A stretch of 64,000 nt of DNA. It comes from an uncultured Gemmataceae bacterium. Lineage in GTDB: Bacteria; Planctomycetota; Planctomycetia; Gemmatales; Gemmataceae. The stretch spans positions 1,440,001 to 1,504,000 of the forward strand of contig CAVVPN010000011.1 in assembly GCA_963750165.1 (NCBI GenBank). Reading direction: 5' to 3'. The first letter of the stretch is position 1. Every line of letters starts with the position of its first letter. The notes under the pieces were generated by a model, which searched no databases, was not told where the DNA came from, and saw only the letters and a list, made by a program, of their open reading frames with translations. A program made the translations under genes and the position numbers. This document shows positions 31,254-41,975 of this stretch, piece by piece.

Positions 31254-32165
31254 ATGCAACTCGGTTTCGTGAGTGCCATCCTGCCCGACCTGAACCTGGC
31301 CGACGTGCTCGCCGTCGCCGCCGACGAGGGTTTCGCCTGTGTCGAGTTGATGTGCTGGCCGCCCGGCGCCGCCGACCGCCGTTACGCCGGCGTCACCCAC
31401 CTCGACGTAACCCGCCTGGATGACGCCGAGGTGGCCCGGGTGCGCGGCCTGGTCGAAAAAACCGGCGTCGCTATCAGCGGCCTGGGCTACTACCCGAACC
31501 CGCTGCACCCCGATGCCAACCACCGTCGCACGGTCATCGAGCACCTGCACAAGGTCATCGACGCGGCCCCGCGGTTGGGCGTCGGTGTCGTCAACACCTT
31601 CGTCGGCCGCGACCCGGCCAAAAATGTGCCCGCCAACCTGGAACTGACGCGGCAGGTGTGGCCGGACCTTCTTCGCCACGCCGAGCGTGCGAACGTCAAG
31701 ATCGGCATCGAGAACTGTCCGATGCTGTTCAGCTACGACGAGTGGCCGGGCGGCGCCAACCTGTTCGTGTCGCCGGCGCTCTGGCGGACGCTGTTCGCGG
31801 AGTTCCCGAGTCCGCACTGGGGCCTGAATTTCGACCCGTCGCACCTGGTCTGGCAGCACATCGACTGCGCCCGCTGCCTGCGCGAGTTCGGCGGCCGCCT
31901 GGTCCACGTCCACGCCAAGGACGAGCGCGTTCACCCCGACCGGCTGTACGAGCAGGGCATCCTGGGGCTGGGCTGGCACACGCCAAAGCTGCCCGGCCTG
32001 GGCGACGTGGACTGGGGGGCCTTCTTCGCGGCGCTGACCGACACGGGCTACAGCGGCCCGGTGTGCGTCGAGGTCGAGGACCGGGCGTATGAGGGATCGC
32101 TGGCGGATCGCCAACGGGCGCTGCGGCAAAGTCGCGACTTCCTGAAGCAGTTTCTGGGGTGCTAG
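31254..32165 (+). CDS. Sugar phosphate isomerase/epimerase (xylose isomerase-like TIM barrel)
   Basis: GIENCPM, GLNFDPSH, HVHAKD, PGLGDVDW, VEVED. Confidence 0.9.
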   Translation: MQLGFVSAILPDLNLADVLAVAADEGFACVELMCWPPGAADRRYAGVTHLDVTRLDDAEVARVRGLVEKTGVAISGLGYYPNPLHPDANHRRTVIEHLHKVIDAAPRLGVGVVNTFVGRDPAKNVPANLELTRQVWPDLLRHAERANVKIGIENCPMLFSYDEWPGGANLFVSPALWRTLFAEFPSPHWGLNFDPSHLVWQHIDCARCLREFGGRLVHVHAKDERVHPDRLYEQGILGLGWHTPKLPGLGDVDWGAFFAALTDTGYSGPVCVEVEDRAYEGSLADRQRALRQSRDFLKQFLGC

Positions 32166-32248
32166 AGCGGTTCGCAGTTGGGTGTAACGGAAGTCGCCAG
32201 ACTTCCGTCCGGTGTTGCTCGGAAGTCTGGCGACTTCCGCTACACCCA
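32163..32248. repeat. TAGAGCGGTTC end followed by a GTAG-type REP doublet
   Basis: TAGAGCGGTTCGCAG at the gene stop, then TGGGTGTAACGGAAGTCGCCAGACTTCCG / CGGAAGTCTGGCGACTTCCGCTACACCCA. Confidence 0.8.
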
Positions 32249-32284
32249 TTCGCAATCTGCAATAGCGGTACGCGGTGAGCGCTT

Positions 32285-35284
32285 TCATGGGTCCTCCCGC
32301 GTAACCCATTGCACACGGTAGGGAACCTGCACAAGGGCGGCGATCGCATCCTGGGCGTCCTTTTGCGCCTCCGTAGCGGTGCGGCCCTGGACCCGGCATT
32401 TGACGGCGACAAAGCGCCTGCCTTGCTCGCGGTACACCTTGATCGCTCCTGGCTGCAGGAACGGACCTTTGGGGTCCGGCCGGCCATCCGCTCCCATTGG
32501 CGTGACCAGGTCCTTGAGTATGAGACGCGGCAGTGCTGAGCTGAACAAGGGCACCGAGGTACCGACCGTTGCGGGCGCCTGACTGCCGCCAGTCCACGGT
32601 GTCTGCGACGTTGCGGGCTGCATTCCCTGGGAAATGTTGTTATTGATGAGGTCCACCGGGATTTCCAGAATGGAATCCTCGGGCCCGCGTTTCCGGAAGG
32701 GCAAGCGCACCACGATATCATAGCCCTTTTCGCCCTCGCTCATCTGGGTGGCAAGCTCGCCATCCACGACGGCCCGGATGAAGGCGGTCACGTCAGCAAC
32801 CTTAAGGCCGTAGCGCCGGCACTTTTCCCCATCGACCACAAACTTCAGGTCGCGCGGGCCAGAACCCGAAAACAGGCGCACCTGAGCAACGCCCTTGATC
32901 TCACCCAACGTCTGCTTGACCTTGTCAGCCACGCTTGCGAGCACGGCCAGATCGGGCCCGAACACCTTCACCACCAGCTCGTCCCTGGCAGGTGAAAACG
33001 GGCTCGTCTCGGCAGCGCCGGTCAATGAAGTGCTCCACAACGTGCCGGCAAGCTGGCGCTCGAGCCCTTTCCGGACGGCGTGCATCAACTCCGGCAGCGT
33101 CCGCGGGCGGTCGAGACCGGCGGCGTTGAGCCACTCCCTGGCCGGCTTGAGGACGACACAGAGTTCGGCGGATTCCTCGGGCGGCGGCTCACCGTCGATG
33201 GCCGCGCCGATGTGCGCGACGCACGCCTGGACCTCGCCCAGTTCGCGGATGAACTTGCGGGCGGACTGCACCAACTCGGCGGCCCTGACCCGGCCGGTGT
33301 TCGGCGGGAAGCTGCCGCACAGGTAAAATCGATCTCCCAGTGGGCACGGCTCGATCTTGACTCCTGGCAACAGCCGCCCGGCCGCTGCGTTGATTTCCTT
33401 GACCCTGGCCAGGATCTTCGCCTGTGCTGCGGACACGTCGGCGTTCTTGCGGACCAGGATGATCCCTTCCACCACGTCATCGGCGCTGCGCCACGGTTTT
33501 TTCGCTGCCGCCGGTGCCTGATCGACGCTAACCCGGCCCAGGCGGGCTCGGTGGCCGACAATCACGCCCTGGCGACCTGGTGCTTCCTCGAACGGCAGCG
33601 GTCCGCCATCGACGATGTCGTCGATACGAACCGGCACGTTGTTGACCGAGGTGATGACAATGGCGCGGATCGCGTTGAGGCGCTTGCGGTCCTCGGCGCG
33701 GAGGAAGGCCGCGGCTTTCTGCGGCGTCTGCATGGCGAAGGCCCGCTCCATCGGGTCCTTGCCGCCGCCGATGACGACGCCGCCGCGGACCCTCTGCGCG
33801 GTCCGGCCCTGAGTCAGGTGGTCGCCGCCGACGTTGGCGTTGCTGTTGGCCAGCGCGTTTGTTAGCTGCCCCAGCGTGATGCCGTAGCGCTTCATGCGCT
33901 CCGGGTCGGGGTGGATCTCGTAGCGCTTGACCGCGCCGCTGGCCGTCAGCACCTCGGCCACCTCCGGCAGCCGGCGAAACTCCCGCTCCAGGATATACTC
34001 CTGGAGCGCGCGCAGGTCAGACAGCGTGTAAATGTCATTGCCCAGGACATCCCGTGGGCCCGTCACCGCGTAGCGCAGGACCTCGACGGTCATTTGCCGG
34101 CTCGGCGTTAGCCCCGGCGTGACACCCGGGGGCAAAGCCGGCGCCTGACTGAGCCGTTTGATCACCTCCTGTCGGGCGTCGGCGTAATCGGTGGCGTCAT
34201 CGAAGTGAAGCTCGATACTCGCCAGGCCGAACTGGGAGCGGCTGATCGTCGTTTTGAGCCCGCGTATTCCCGCCAGGGCCACTTCCAGGTTGACAGTCAC
34301 CAGCCGCTCGACTTCCTCGGCAGAGGCGCCAGGGTAAGACGCCTCGACCAGCAACACCGGCCGCGGCGCCGGCTCCGCCGGGGGCGTGGTGGTGGTCGCG
34401 GCGGACATTTCCGGCAGCGGCCGCGGCGCGAAATGGTGCGTCACGGCCGCCGCCAAAACGCCACAGCACACCAGCAGCACCGCGGCAGCCGTTTTCAGCC
34501 GTGCGAAGGATAAATGGCGGAGCGTGCCTTCGACCAGAGCCGCCACGGACACGGACGCTGCCGCCGCCACGGTGGCACCCTTGACGACCAGGACCGCGGC
34601 CTTGAGCGTGCTCTGCCCCAGCGCGAACGGCACCGCAGTCGCTTCGTGCTCGGCCAGCACCGTGCCCAGGCCGGCCGCCGACAGCGTGATGCCGCGCCGG
34701 CTCAAGCGGCCCCGGAGCAGCTCGCGGGCTCGAGCGAGCCGGCCGGACACCGTCCCCTTGGTCCAGCCCAGCTCCCGCGCCGCCTCTTCCTGGGTCTTGC
34801 CCTGCAGGTAGCAAAGCAAGATCGGCGCCTGATACTTCTGAGGCAGTCGATGCAACTCCTCGTCCAGGACTGGGCGGAGATCGCACCAAACGCCAGCGCC
34901 GGTAGCCTCTCTCGGGGACATGGCCGCGCTCCTTGTTTCGACCTCGCGGCGTCGGGCCGCGTCCCCCCGCACCTTGAGGGCGATGTGGTAGGCGACGGTA
35001 AACAGCCAGCTCGCCAGGGAGCCGCGCTTCCTCAGCGAAGCCGCCTTGCGCACCAGCACCAGGAAAGTCGCCTGAAACGCATCGTCCGCCTCGTGGGCAT
35101 CCGCCAGCACTCGCCGGCACACCCCAAGCACCAGGGGCCCATGCCGCGCCAGGAGCCCCTCAAACGCCGTCTCATCGTGCTGCGTCGTAAACCGCTCGAG
35201 AAGCTGGCCGTCGGCCAGGTCCCCGGTCGGCGGCGTGCCGATCACTCTGTGGAGCCAGGTCATGATGTTGTCGAGTTGCTTCAT
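32285..35284 (-). CDS. ECF sigma factor fused through one TM helix to CzcA/CusA-type RND periplasmic domains
   Basis: Sigma2 DAFQATFLVLVRKA, sigma4 GTVSGRLARAR; then YPGASAEEVERLVT, ALANSNANVGG, VVKVFGPDL, REQGRRFVAVKC. Confidence 0.85.
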   Translation of the reverse strand: MKQLDNIMTWLHRVIGTPPTGDLADGQLLERFTTQHDETAFEGLLARHGPLVLGVCRRVLADAHEADDAFQATFLVLVRKAASLRKRGSLASWLFTVAYHIALKVRGDAARRREVETRSAAMSPREATGAGVWCDLRPVLDEELHRLPQKYQAPILLCYLQGKTQEEAARELGWTKGTVSGRLARARELLRGRLSRRGITLSAAGLGTVLAEHEATAVPFALGQSTLKAAVLVVKGATVAAAASVSVAALVEGTLRHLSFARLKTAAAVLLVCCGVLAAAVTHHFAPRPLPEMSAATTTTPPAEPAPRPVLLVEASYPGASAEEVERLVTVNLEVALAGIRGLKTTISRSQFGLASIELHFDDATDYADARQEVIKRLSQAPALPPGVTPGLTPSRQMTVEVLRYAVTGPRDVLGNDIYTLSDLRALQEYILEREFRRLPEVAEVLTASGAVKRYEIHPDPERMKRYGITLGQLTNALANSNANVGGDHLTQGRTAQRVRGGVVIGGGKDPMERAFAMQTPQKAAAFLRAEDRKRLNAIRAIVITSVNNVPVRIDDIVDGGPLPFEEAPGRQGVIVGHRARLGRVSVDQAPAAAKKPWRSADDVVEGIILVRKNADVSAAQAKILARVKEINAAAGRLLPGVKIEPCPLGDRFYLCGSFPPNTGRVRAAELVQSARKFIRELGEVQACVAHIGAAIDGEPPPEESAELCVVLKPAREWLNAAGLDRPRTLPELMHAVRKGLERQLAGTLWSTSLTGAAETSPFSPARDELVVKVFGPDLAVLASVADKVKQTLGEIKGVAQVRLFSGSGPRDLKFVVDGEKCRRYGLKVADVTAFIRAVVDGELATQMSEGEKGYDIVVRLPFRKRGPEDSILEIPVDLINNNISQGMQPATSQTPWTGGSQAPATVGTSVPLFSSALPRLILKDLVTPMGADGRPDPKGPFLQPGAIKVYREQGRRFVAVKCRVQGRTATEAQKDAQDAIAALVQVPYRVQWVTREDP

Positions 35285-35640
35285 GGCGATCTTCCCTGCG
35301 TACGTGGATGCCGCTCGTCTCATGAATAGAGCTAGCAGGCTCCCGGGCGAATACAGTTTTTTCAAAAAATGGGCGCGTTCACAGGATGCACCGAACGAAA
35401 ACACCAAATGACCGTGCGTGTTCCGGCTGCGACCCTGGCCACCGGGGACCGAAAATGGCGCCAAAATGGGAAAGGCATCGTCTCACTTCGCTCGACCTGC
35501 TCCACAGCCTCACCGAAGCAGATCTGCGCGCGGCCCTCGACGCCAACGGGCGGTTGTCCGGATGAACCGTGTCCCGCCCTGGGCTCCCGTGGGAATTGAG
35601 GCCGTTTCTGCTAAACATTTGCCTGACTGGTATCTGCTGC

Positions 35641-35928
35641 CAGCGCGGTTCGCAGTCGCGTGGCCCACAAACGGCAGGCCGGTGCAGCAAGGGCGCCGCA
35701 TCTCGACGTATGAAAAAGTTGGCGTTCTTGGCGTCCTTGCTGTGGCAACCGCCGCCGCTGGTGGTCGCGCCGTGCCAGCCGCACGGGGCCAGGGCGCCGA
35801 ATCTCGACGTGTGAAAAAGTTGGCCCCCTTGGCCTCCTTGGCCCCCTTGCTGCGACAGCGCAGGCCCCTGCTGGTCAAGCTGTGCCCGCCGTCCCACCGC
35901 GTGCGCGATCCGCGTGTGAACCGCTCTA
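35641..35928. mobile_element. Non-autonomous TAGAGCGGTTC-family element with two TCTCGAC-(9-mer)n modules
   Basis: AGCGCGGTTCGCAG...GAACCGCTCTA; near-identical to 46174-46468. Confidence 0.75.
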
Positions 35929-37048
35929 AGTTGACCCCTTCGCGGCCGTGAACTCACGCACCGTCGTGACTCGGTGCTCCTGGGCCGCGGCGTAGACCGC
36001 CTCGCACAGCGCGATCGTTTCCAGGTTGTCCCGTCCGCTGATCTCCGGTTCGGTGCCGTCCTCCAGCGCACACAGCAGCTGGGCCATTGTGCCGACGAAC
36101 GCATCGGGAAACCACACGTCCGGCCAGCGCGGCTGCAGCCAGTAGCCGGGCTGCCGCTTCGTCGTGAAGTCCAGCGTGCTCGGCGTCTTCGCGGGGTAGC
36201 TCGGCCAGCCGATGGTGCCGCGCGCAACCCGTCCGTGCCCTCGACGCGCCAGCGGATGTAGATGTCGCTTTCGCTGCCCTCGCGCGCCGGCCCGGTCCAC
36301 ACGTCGTCCCAGCTGGTCGCCCGGCAACCGCGGTCGTACTCCAGGATGTACAGGTTGATGCCATCCCGGTGCGGGAATTTGGTGCGCGGGTCGGGCCGCG
36401 TGCTGGCCAGGACGCGGTCGGGCGTGCCGAACCAGTAGCGAAACGTGTCCAGGTGGTGAATGCTCATCACGAACGTGGACAGCGAAGGCAATTTTTCGCT
36501 CCACGGCATCCAGTGCGGGATGGCGCGCATTTCAATGGTGCCGAGCACCGGCTCGCCCAGCCAGCCGCGCTGCAGCATGTCCTTCAGGGCGCGCACGGAC
36601 TGGTCGTAGCGCATGTTCTGGTTGACCGCCAGCGTCACGCCCGCCCGGCGCAGCGCTCGACGCAGTCGCGCGCCTCGCGGTAGCTCATCGCCAGCGGCTT
36701 CTGGGCGAGGATGCCGCGCAGGTTGCTCTTGTGCTCCAGCGCCTGGCGGATCATCTCCGGCTGCAGGTCCGGCGGCACGGCGATGTCGAGCACCTCAACG
36801 CTCTCGTCGCGCAACAGGTCGGTGACAGTGGTATGACACTTCGCGATGCCGTGCTGCTGGGCGACGGCCTGGGCGCGCTCGGGGTTGCGCGAGGCGATGG
36901 CGAGGGGGTTGAAGCCGGCCTGGCGGTAGGCGACCAGGTGGCAGTCGCGCATGATGAAACCGGCGCCGAGGCAGCCGATGCGAAAGTCCTTGCGGCGCGG
37001 CAGGCGCGGCCGGTAGTCGAGGGTCAGGTCGAGCGCGGCGTGCGGCAT
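35926..37048 (-). CDS. Gfo/Idh/MocA oxidoreductase, frameshifts near 36645 and 36225
   Basis: [35 protein letters not shown]. Confidence 0.88.
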
Positions 37049-37055
37049 GGGGATC

Positions 37056-37658
37056 TCAACGGCGGGGATCGATGATGAGTTCAAAGCCGGGCAGCAGTTT
37101 GGTGGTGAAGGTGTCGCCGAAAGCGTATTCACGGACCACCCAGCGCTTGCCGTGGCGGCGGCGCTGCGTCAGCGTCGGCCGGCTGGCGTCGGCGCGGTTG
37201 TCGAGAATCCAGTACTCCTTGATGCTGGGCACCTGGAAATACAATTCGACGTTGCGCACCAAATCTTTGTTGGGATCGTCGGCGGAAAGGACCTCGGCAA
37301 CCAGGATGGGGCTCACTTCATCCCAGGCCACGTCCTCCAGGGGAGTATCTATCGAGAAATTCCGGTACGCGGCGACGTCCGGTTCGGGGATGGTGGTGTC
37401 CGGGTCGTCGGCAATCAGCACCCGGGCACCAAAGGTGGCGTAATTGATGACCTCGGGATGTTCGCGCTTGTAAAAGACCAGCGCCTCATACAACCACACT
37501 TCCAAACGGTTCTGCGGACAGTTCGGTTTAGGGGAAACGTAGAGTTTCCCGTCGATGATTTCGTATTGGTATCCTTCTTCGTAGTCGCCCTTCTCGAATT
37601 CCTCCCACGTCAGGGCCCGGCCATGATCGCTCGGCCCCAATTTCGTCACCGTAGCCAT
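37056..37658 (-). CDS. Uma2-family endonuclease
   Basis: YEIIDGKLYVSP, PEPDVA, VAEVLS, IKEYWILD. Confidence 0.9.
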   Translation of the reverse strand: MATVTKLGPSDHGRALTWEEFEKGDYEEGYQYEIIDGKLYVSPKPNCPQNRLEVWLYEALVFYKREHPEVINYATFGARVLIADDPDTTIPEPDVAAYRNFSIDTPLEDVAWDEVSPILVAEVLSADDPNKDLVRNVELYFQVPSIKEYWILDNRADASRPTLTQRRRHGKRWVVREYAFGDTFTTKLLPGFELIIDPRR

Positions 37659-37702
37659 ACCCGAGTCTCCTCCGCGCTCCGCGTTCTCCGTGGTGAGCCC
37701 CC

Positions 37703-38635
37703 TCATCCGACCAGCACGCGCAGTTCGCGCGGCAGCGGGAAGCTGACGTGCTCCTCGCGCACCGTGCGGCTCTCGACGGTCGCCCCGTAGCGCGCCCGCA
37801 AGAACTCCACGCACTCCTGCACCACGTCCTCCGGCGCGCTGGCGCCGGCAGTAATCAGCACCGTCTCGTCGCCGCGGAACCAGTGCTCATGAATCTCCCG
37901 CACACCGTCGATCAGCCGCGCCGGCTTGCCCTGGTCCGCGGCCAGCTCCGCCAGACGCAGGCTGTTCGAGCTGTTCCGGCTGCCCAGCACGATCACGAAG
38001 TCCACCTCCGGCACCAGGTCCTTGACGGCCTCCTGGCGGTTCTGCGTCGCGTAACAGATGTCGTCGCGCGACGGGCCGACGATGTGCGGGTAGCGCTGCC
38101 GCAGCGCCGCGATGATGCGCTCGGCATCGTCCACGCTCAGCGTCGTCTGCGTCAGGTACGCCAGCTTCGTGGTCGGCGGCAGGTCCAGTTTCGCCACGTC
38201 GTCCGTGTCCTGTATCAGCCGAATGTTCGCCGGCGCCTCGCCCATCGTGCCGAGCACCTCGTCGTGCCCCTCGTGGCCGATCAGCAGAATGGTGTAGCCC
38301 GCCCGCGCGAAGCGCACCGCCTCCTGATGCACCTTGGTCACCAGCGGGCAGGTCGCGTCGATGGCGTGCAGCCGCCGCTCCTCCGACGCGGCGCGGATCG
38401 CCGGCGCCACGCCGTGGGCGCTGTACAGCACCGTCGCGCCCGGCGGAATCTCCTCGATGCCATCGACGAACACCACGCCGCGCTTGCGGAAGCGCTCCAC
38501 CACCGGCCGGTTATGCACGATCTCGTGGTAGACGTACAGCGGCGTGCCGTACTGCTCCAAAGCGCGCTCCAGGCTCTCGATGGCCATGTTGACGCCCGCG
38601 CAGAAGCCACGCGGGTTCGCAAGTATGATTTTCAC
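37703..38635 (-). CDS. ispH: 4-hydroxy-3-methylbut-2-enyl diphosphate reductase
   Basis: PRGFCAGV, IVHN, SAHG, DATCPLV, QTTLS, ICYATQNRQ, TAGASAPE. Confidence 0.97.
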   Translation of the reverse strand: MKIILANPRGFCAGVNMAIESLERALEQYGTPLYVYHEIVHNRPVVERFRKRGVVFVDGIEEIPPGATVLYSAHGVAPAIRAASEERRLHAIDATCPLVTKVHQEAVRFARAGYTILLIGHEGHDEVLGTMGEAPANIRLIQDTDDVAKLDLPPTTKLAYLTQTTLSVDDAERIIAALRQRYPHIVGPSRDDICYATQNRQEAVKDLVPEVDFVIVLGSRNSSNSLRLAELAADQGKPARLIDGVREIHEHWFRGDETVLITAGASAPEDVVQECVEFLRARYGATVESRTVREEHVSFPLPRELRVLVG

Positions 38636-38847
38636 AATGCGGTCCTCCTTGTTGTGCTTATCCTAACGGGATCGGTGGCGCCGTGCCAGGCGAACCGGCG
38701 GCACCCCCAGGGATGAACCGTGCTCGCGCTGAGTGGGGTAACGGGAATCCTCGGCGAGATCGGCTCAACCGGCACCACCCGACTGCCGATGAAAGAAAGT
38801 AAGGTCCGTGAGCACCGGGGACGGAGGTTCGCCACGAGGGAGGCGCT

Positions 38848-39700
38848 ATGGCAAGGAAAGTCGTGTTCCGGGGATTGGGCGTCGCCGCCGTCTGCGTGGT
38901 GCCGCTGCTCGCCGTGGGCGTCGCGGCCCCGCAGGACGCCAAGGTCCCAAAAGCCGTACCGCTGCCTTATCCCTATCGGATTGTGCTCCGCGGCCGCGCC
39001 GGCGAGGCGGCGACGCAGCACAACAAGAACGGCCAGACCAGCGGCAGTTCCATCGACGTGCAACGGATCGAACCCGACGCGGTGTTGTTCCTCCTCCGCG
39101 GCGCGGCCGTCGCCGGCGCCGAGACGCACCGCAGCGGGGCCGCGTCCATCGACTTCACGCTCCACCAGGACTTTGAGATCGTCCCCAGCCGCGCCGGCCT
39201 GCGCCCCGCGCCTGATCCTCAACGGCAAGCTGATCGGTGCGTTGACCTCCAGCCAACCCGAGGGCGGCACCGCCGAGCACGCCCCCGCCTGCGCCACCAT
39301 CCAGTCCGGGCCGCAGCCGATCATGAACTTCTGCATCAAGCCGCATGCCGTCGGCCCCACGCAGAACCTGTTCGTCAACGACCGCAACGGCTGTGAGGCG
39401 GTCGTGCTGCCCGGCGTCTTCTGTCTGCAAGCGACCTTCGGAATCAGCGCCGCCGCCCCGCCCATCCAGACCTGGTGCCCCAAGGTGGTCCCGGCTGCCG
39501 CTGCCGTCTTCACCCCGGACGCGAAGCTGAGCCCGCGCTGGGGCTACGTCCTGCAACCCTTCGCCTCCGTGCCGGCCGGCGACTACGGCTTCAGCATCCT
39601 GCTGCGGGTCGCCGAGGACTCCGCCTTCGGCGCCGGCATCGACCCCTCGACCCGCCATGAGCCGAAGAAACCGGCGCCCAAGGAAGGCGAGGTGGAATAG
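38848..39700 (+). CDS. Secreted hypothetical protein, frameshift near 39210
   Basis: GGAGG RBS, signal peptide; coding frame continues in the 38720..39700 ORF (PRLILNGKLIG...). Confidence 0.6.
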
Positions 39701-39713
39701 CCCGCTGGCGGAG

Positions 39714-39808
39714 CGCCAGGCCGCCAGCGGCAGAAAGCGGGGTGGCAGCGCTCGGGCTCGTCCTTCTGCCGCTTGCGGCTTAGCTTTGCTGCCGCTGGCG
39801 GCCTGGCG
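39714..39808. repeat. GCCGC(C/A)AGCGGC-type REP hairpin between convergent genes
   Basis: CGCCAGGCCGCCAGCGGCAG...CTGCCGCTGGCGGCCTGGCG. Confidence 0.65.
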
Positions 39809-39810
39809 TG

Positions 39811-41661
39811 TTAGAAGAACAGCTGCGCCCGGAACAGCAGCATATCGTAGTGGGACGTGTGCTGGTTCCCCGCCGGGTTGAGGACCACTGGGCCGCCCAG
39901 GAAGGCGTGTTGCCAGTCGATCGTGAACTTGATGAAGTGGTTCAGATACCAGTTGACGCCGATGTCTGTGGTCGAGGCCCGGTTGGTCCACATGGTCGGG
40001 TCCACCAGGCCGCCGGTAAACACCTGACTGCCCAGTTGCATGTTGGCGAAGCGGCCGAACAGCTCGAACGCCCCGGGGTTGAGCGTGCCATTGTAGTAGC
40101 CGAAAGGCCGCCGCGGCTCCACCAGGAAGCGACGCCGCGTGATCTCCTCGCCGGTGAGGAAGTACCAGGCCGCGACCGACCAGCCGTACTCCGGCACGTG
40201 CGTGCGGAACGGGCTGTTCACGCCGATGAAGCGGTTGCCGCCCGCCGAGGAATACACCGGCGGGCTGCTGAGGTTGCCCACGGAGTAATCCTGGTAACCG
40301 CCCTGCAAGCTGCCCAGGAAGCCGAAGCTCTTGTAGTAGTAGACCGGCTCGAAGCCGTAGTGCATCTGCGGGCCGTTCTCGAACACGCCGTTCTTGAACT
40401 CCATGAAGGTCGGCGAAAAGAACGAGGCGTCGGCCGAGTCGGTCATCTGGTTCATCGTCTGAAAGGCGTACGGCGTGACCGGGTTCCGCTCGGTGCCGCC
40501 GTTGACCGTGCTGACCAGGTGCAGGTTCCGCAGGAACGAGTCCTTTTCGGTGATGAACGGGCGGTAGTCGAGGTAGGCGAAGAAGTCGCGGGAGCTGTTG
40601 TAGTCCTCGAAGGACCGTCGCGGGCCGTCGCTGACCGCGAGGTAGTACTTGATACGTTCGTCGAACAGGTAGCCCCAGGCCATCGCCCCGAGCTGGCGGT
40701 TGGCGGCGAGGTTGGCGACGTACAGCGAACGCTCCGGGCCGATCAGGTCGCCTTCGGCCATCTCGATGTATTCATACTGCGACGGCATCTTGAAGCGGCC
40801 GACGCGGAAATTCAGCCACTCGCGGTTGACGTGGTAGTCCACATAGGCGTCGAGCACGTCCAGGCTGCCGTAGCCGCGGTTGATCGACGTGACGAAGTCC
40901 GCGTAGTCGCCGACCGAGCCGTTGAAGTACCAGCGTTGCCGCGGGATGACGAAACCGCCGTGCAGCGGGTCGCCGGTCGGGAACGGCTGCCGCATGTCCA
41001 GCTGCGTCAGGTTGTGGAAGACCAACTTGAAGTACTTGTCCTCCGAGGTCCAGCTGACGCCGTCGCCGAAGACGACGCCCTCGGAGATGCGGTGCTCGGC
41101 CGGCTCCATGTCCGGGGCATAGGCCCCCCGGCCGGCGATCTCCTTGGTGTCGTCGCGCCACCAGAACAGGCCGATCTGGTACATCGGCTCCTTACGCGTT
41201 TCGGTCCTGGGCGCGAACACACCGGTCGCCCGGCGCTTCTCGGCCTCGCGCTCCTTCCGCGCCGCCTCCTCCTGCTGCGCGACCCGGTTTAGCTGGTTGT
41301 TGAGCACATCATACTTGCGGGTCAGGTCTTCCAGTTGCCGGACCAGATCGGCGGTGTTGGACGGCCCCCCTTCCAGGCTCCTGGGGCCGCCGAAGGGAAG
41401 CTCGAACCCGAACGGCCGCCGGCCGCCCTGTCCCAGCAATTCCTCCAGGGGTGGCGGTGACAGGGAGAGGTCACGCCCCAGAGCCGCCGGCGAAGCCAGG
41501 ATGGGCTGCGGCACGGGATTCTGGGAGGCCTCAAGCGGGGCCCCCAGGCTTGCTGCCCGCCCGTCGCCCGAGGCCTGGGGCCCGCTCTGGCCCCAGGCCG
41601 GGGCCGCCAGGCTCGCCAAAACCACCAACACCATCCCTGCCTGCCATTTGTGTGCCATCAT
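39811..41661 (-). CDS. Porin (OprO/OprP phosphate-selective family)
   Basis: Signal peptide, coiled coil, LDAYVD, GRFKMP, WYFLTGE, GVNWYLN, terminal Phe. Confidence 0.8.
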   Translation of the reverse strand: MMAHKWQAGMVLVVLASLAAPAWGQSGPQASGDGRAASLGAPLEASQNPVPQPILASPAALGRDLSLSPPPLEELLGQGGRRPFGFELPFGGPRSLEGGPSNTADLVRQLEDLTRKYDVLNNQLNRVAQQEEAARKEREAEKRRATGVFAPRTETRKEPMYQIGLFWWRDDTKEIAGRGAYAPDMEPAEHRISEGVVFGDGVSWTSEDKYFKLVFHNLTQLDMRQPFPTGDPLHGGFVIPRQRWYFNGSVGDYADFVTSINRGYGSLDVLDAYVDYHVNREWLNFRVGRFKMPSQYEYIEMAEGDLIGPERSLYVANLAANRQLGAMAWGYLFDERIKYYLAVSDGPRRSFEDYNSSRDFFAYLDYRPFITEKDSFLRNLHLVSTVNGGTERNPVTPYAFQTMNQMTDSADASFFSPTFMEFKNGVFENGPQMHYGFEPVYYYKSFGFLGSLQGGYQDYSVGNLSSPPVYSSAGGNRFIGVNSPFRTHVPEYGWSVAAWYFLTGEEITRRRFLVEPRRPFGYYNGTLNPGAFELFGRFANMQLGSQVFTGGLVDPTMWTNRASTTDIGVNWYLNHFIKFTIDWQHAFLGGPVVLNPAGNQHTSHYDMLLFRAQLFF

Positions 41662-41975
41662 CACTCTCCCTTTCCGGACTGAGCGCGACGAACCCCGTAA
41701 CAGGCGATGCCAGGCCCCCAAAACGGACTCGAACCGGGGTCGCCTTCGACCCGGTCACGGCTTGCGGCCGGAGCCTGCCGTGGGTTGCCGTCCAGGGGGG
41801 CCCCGGGACGGGACATAAAAACCCCGAAGAATTTGGAAATCGGACGGAGATATACTCAATTTTTCGCGGTGAACAAGTGCGGTTTGGGGACCAGGGCGCT
41901 TCGCCTACCAACGCCGTCGCTTGCGCGATAGCATACCCCGGCGCCGATCCGAAGTCCCCGCGTAAGGAGCGCCGT

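Noticed and set aside
35692..35852. Repeat-spacer-repeat pattern as a mini-CRISPR
   Set aside because: The intervening sequence is nearly the same in the 46.3-kb copy, so it is element body rather than an acquired spacer
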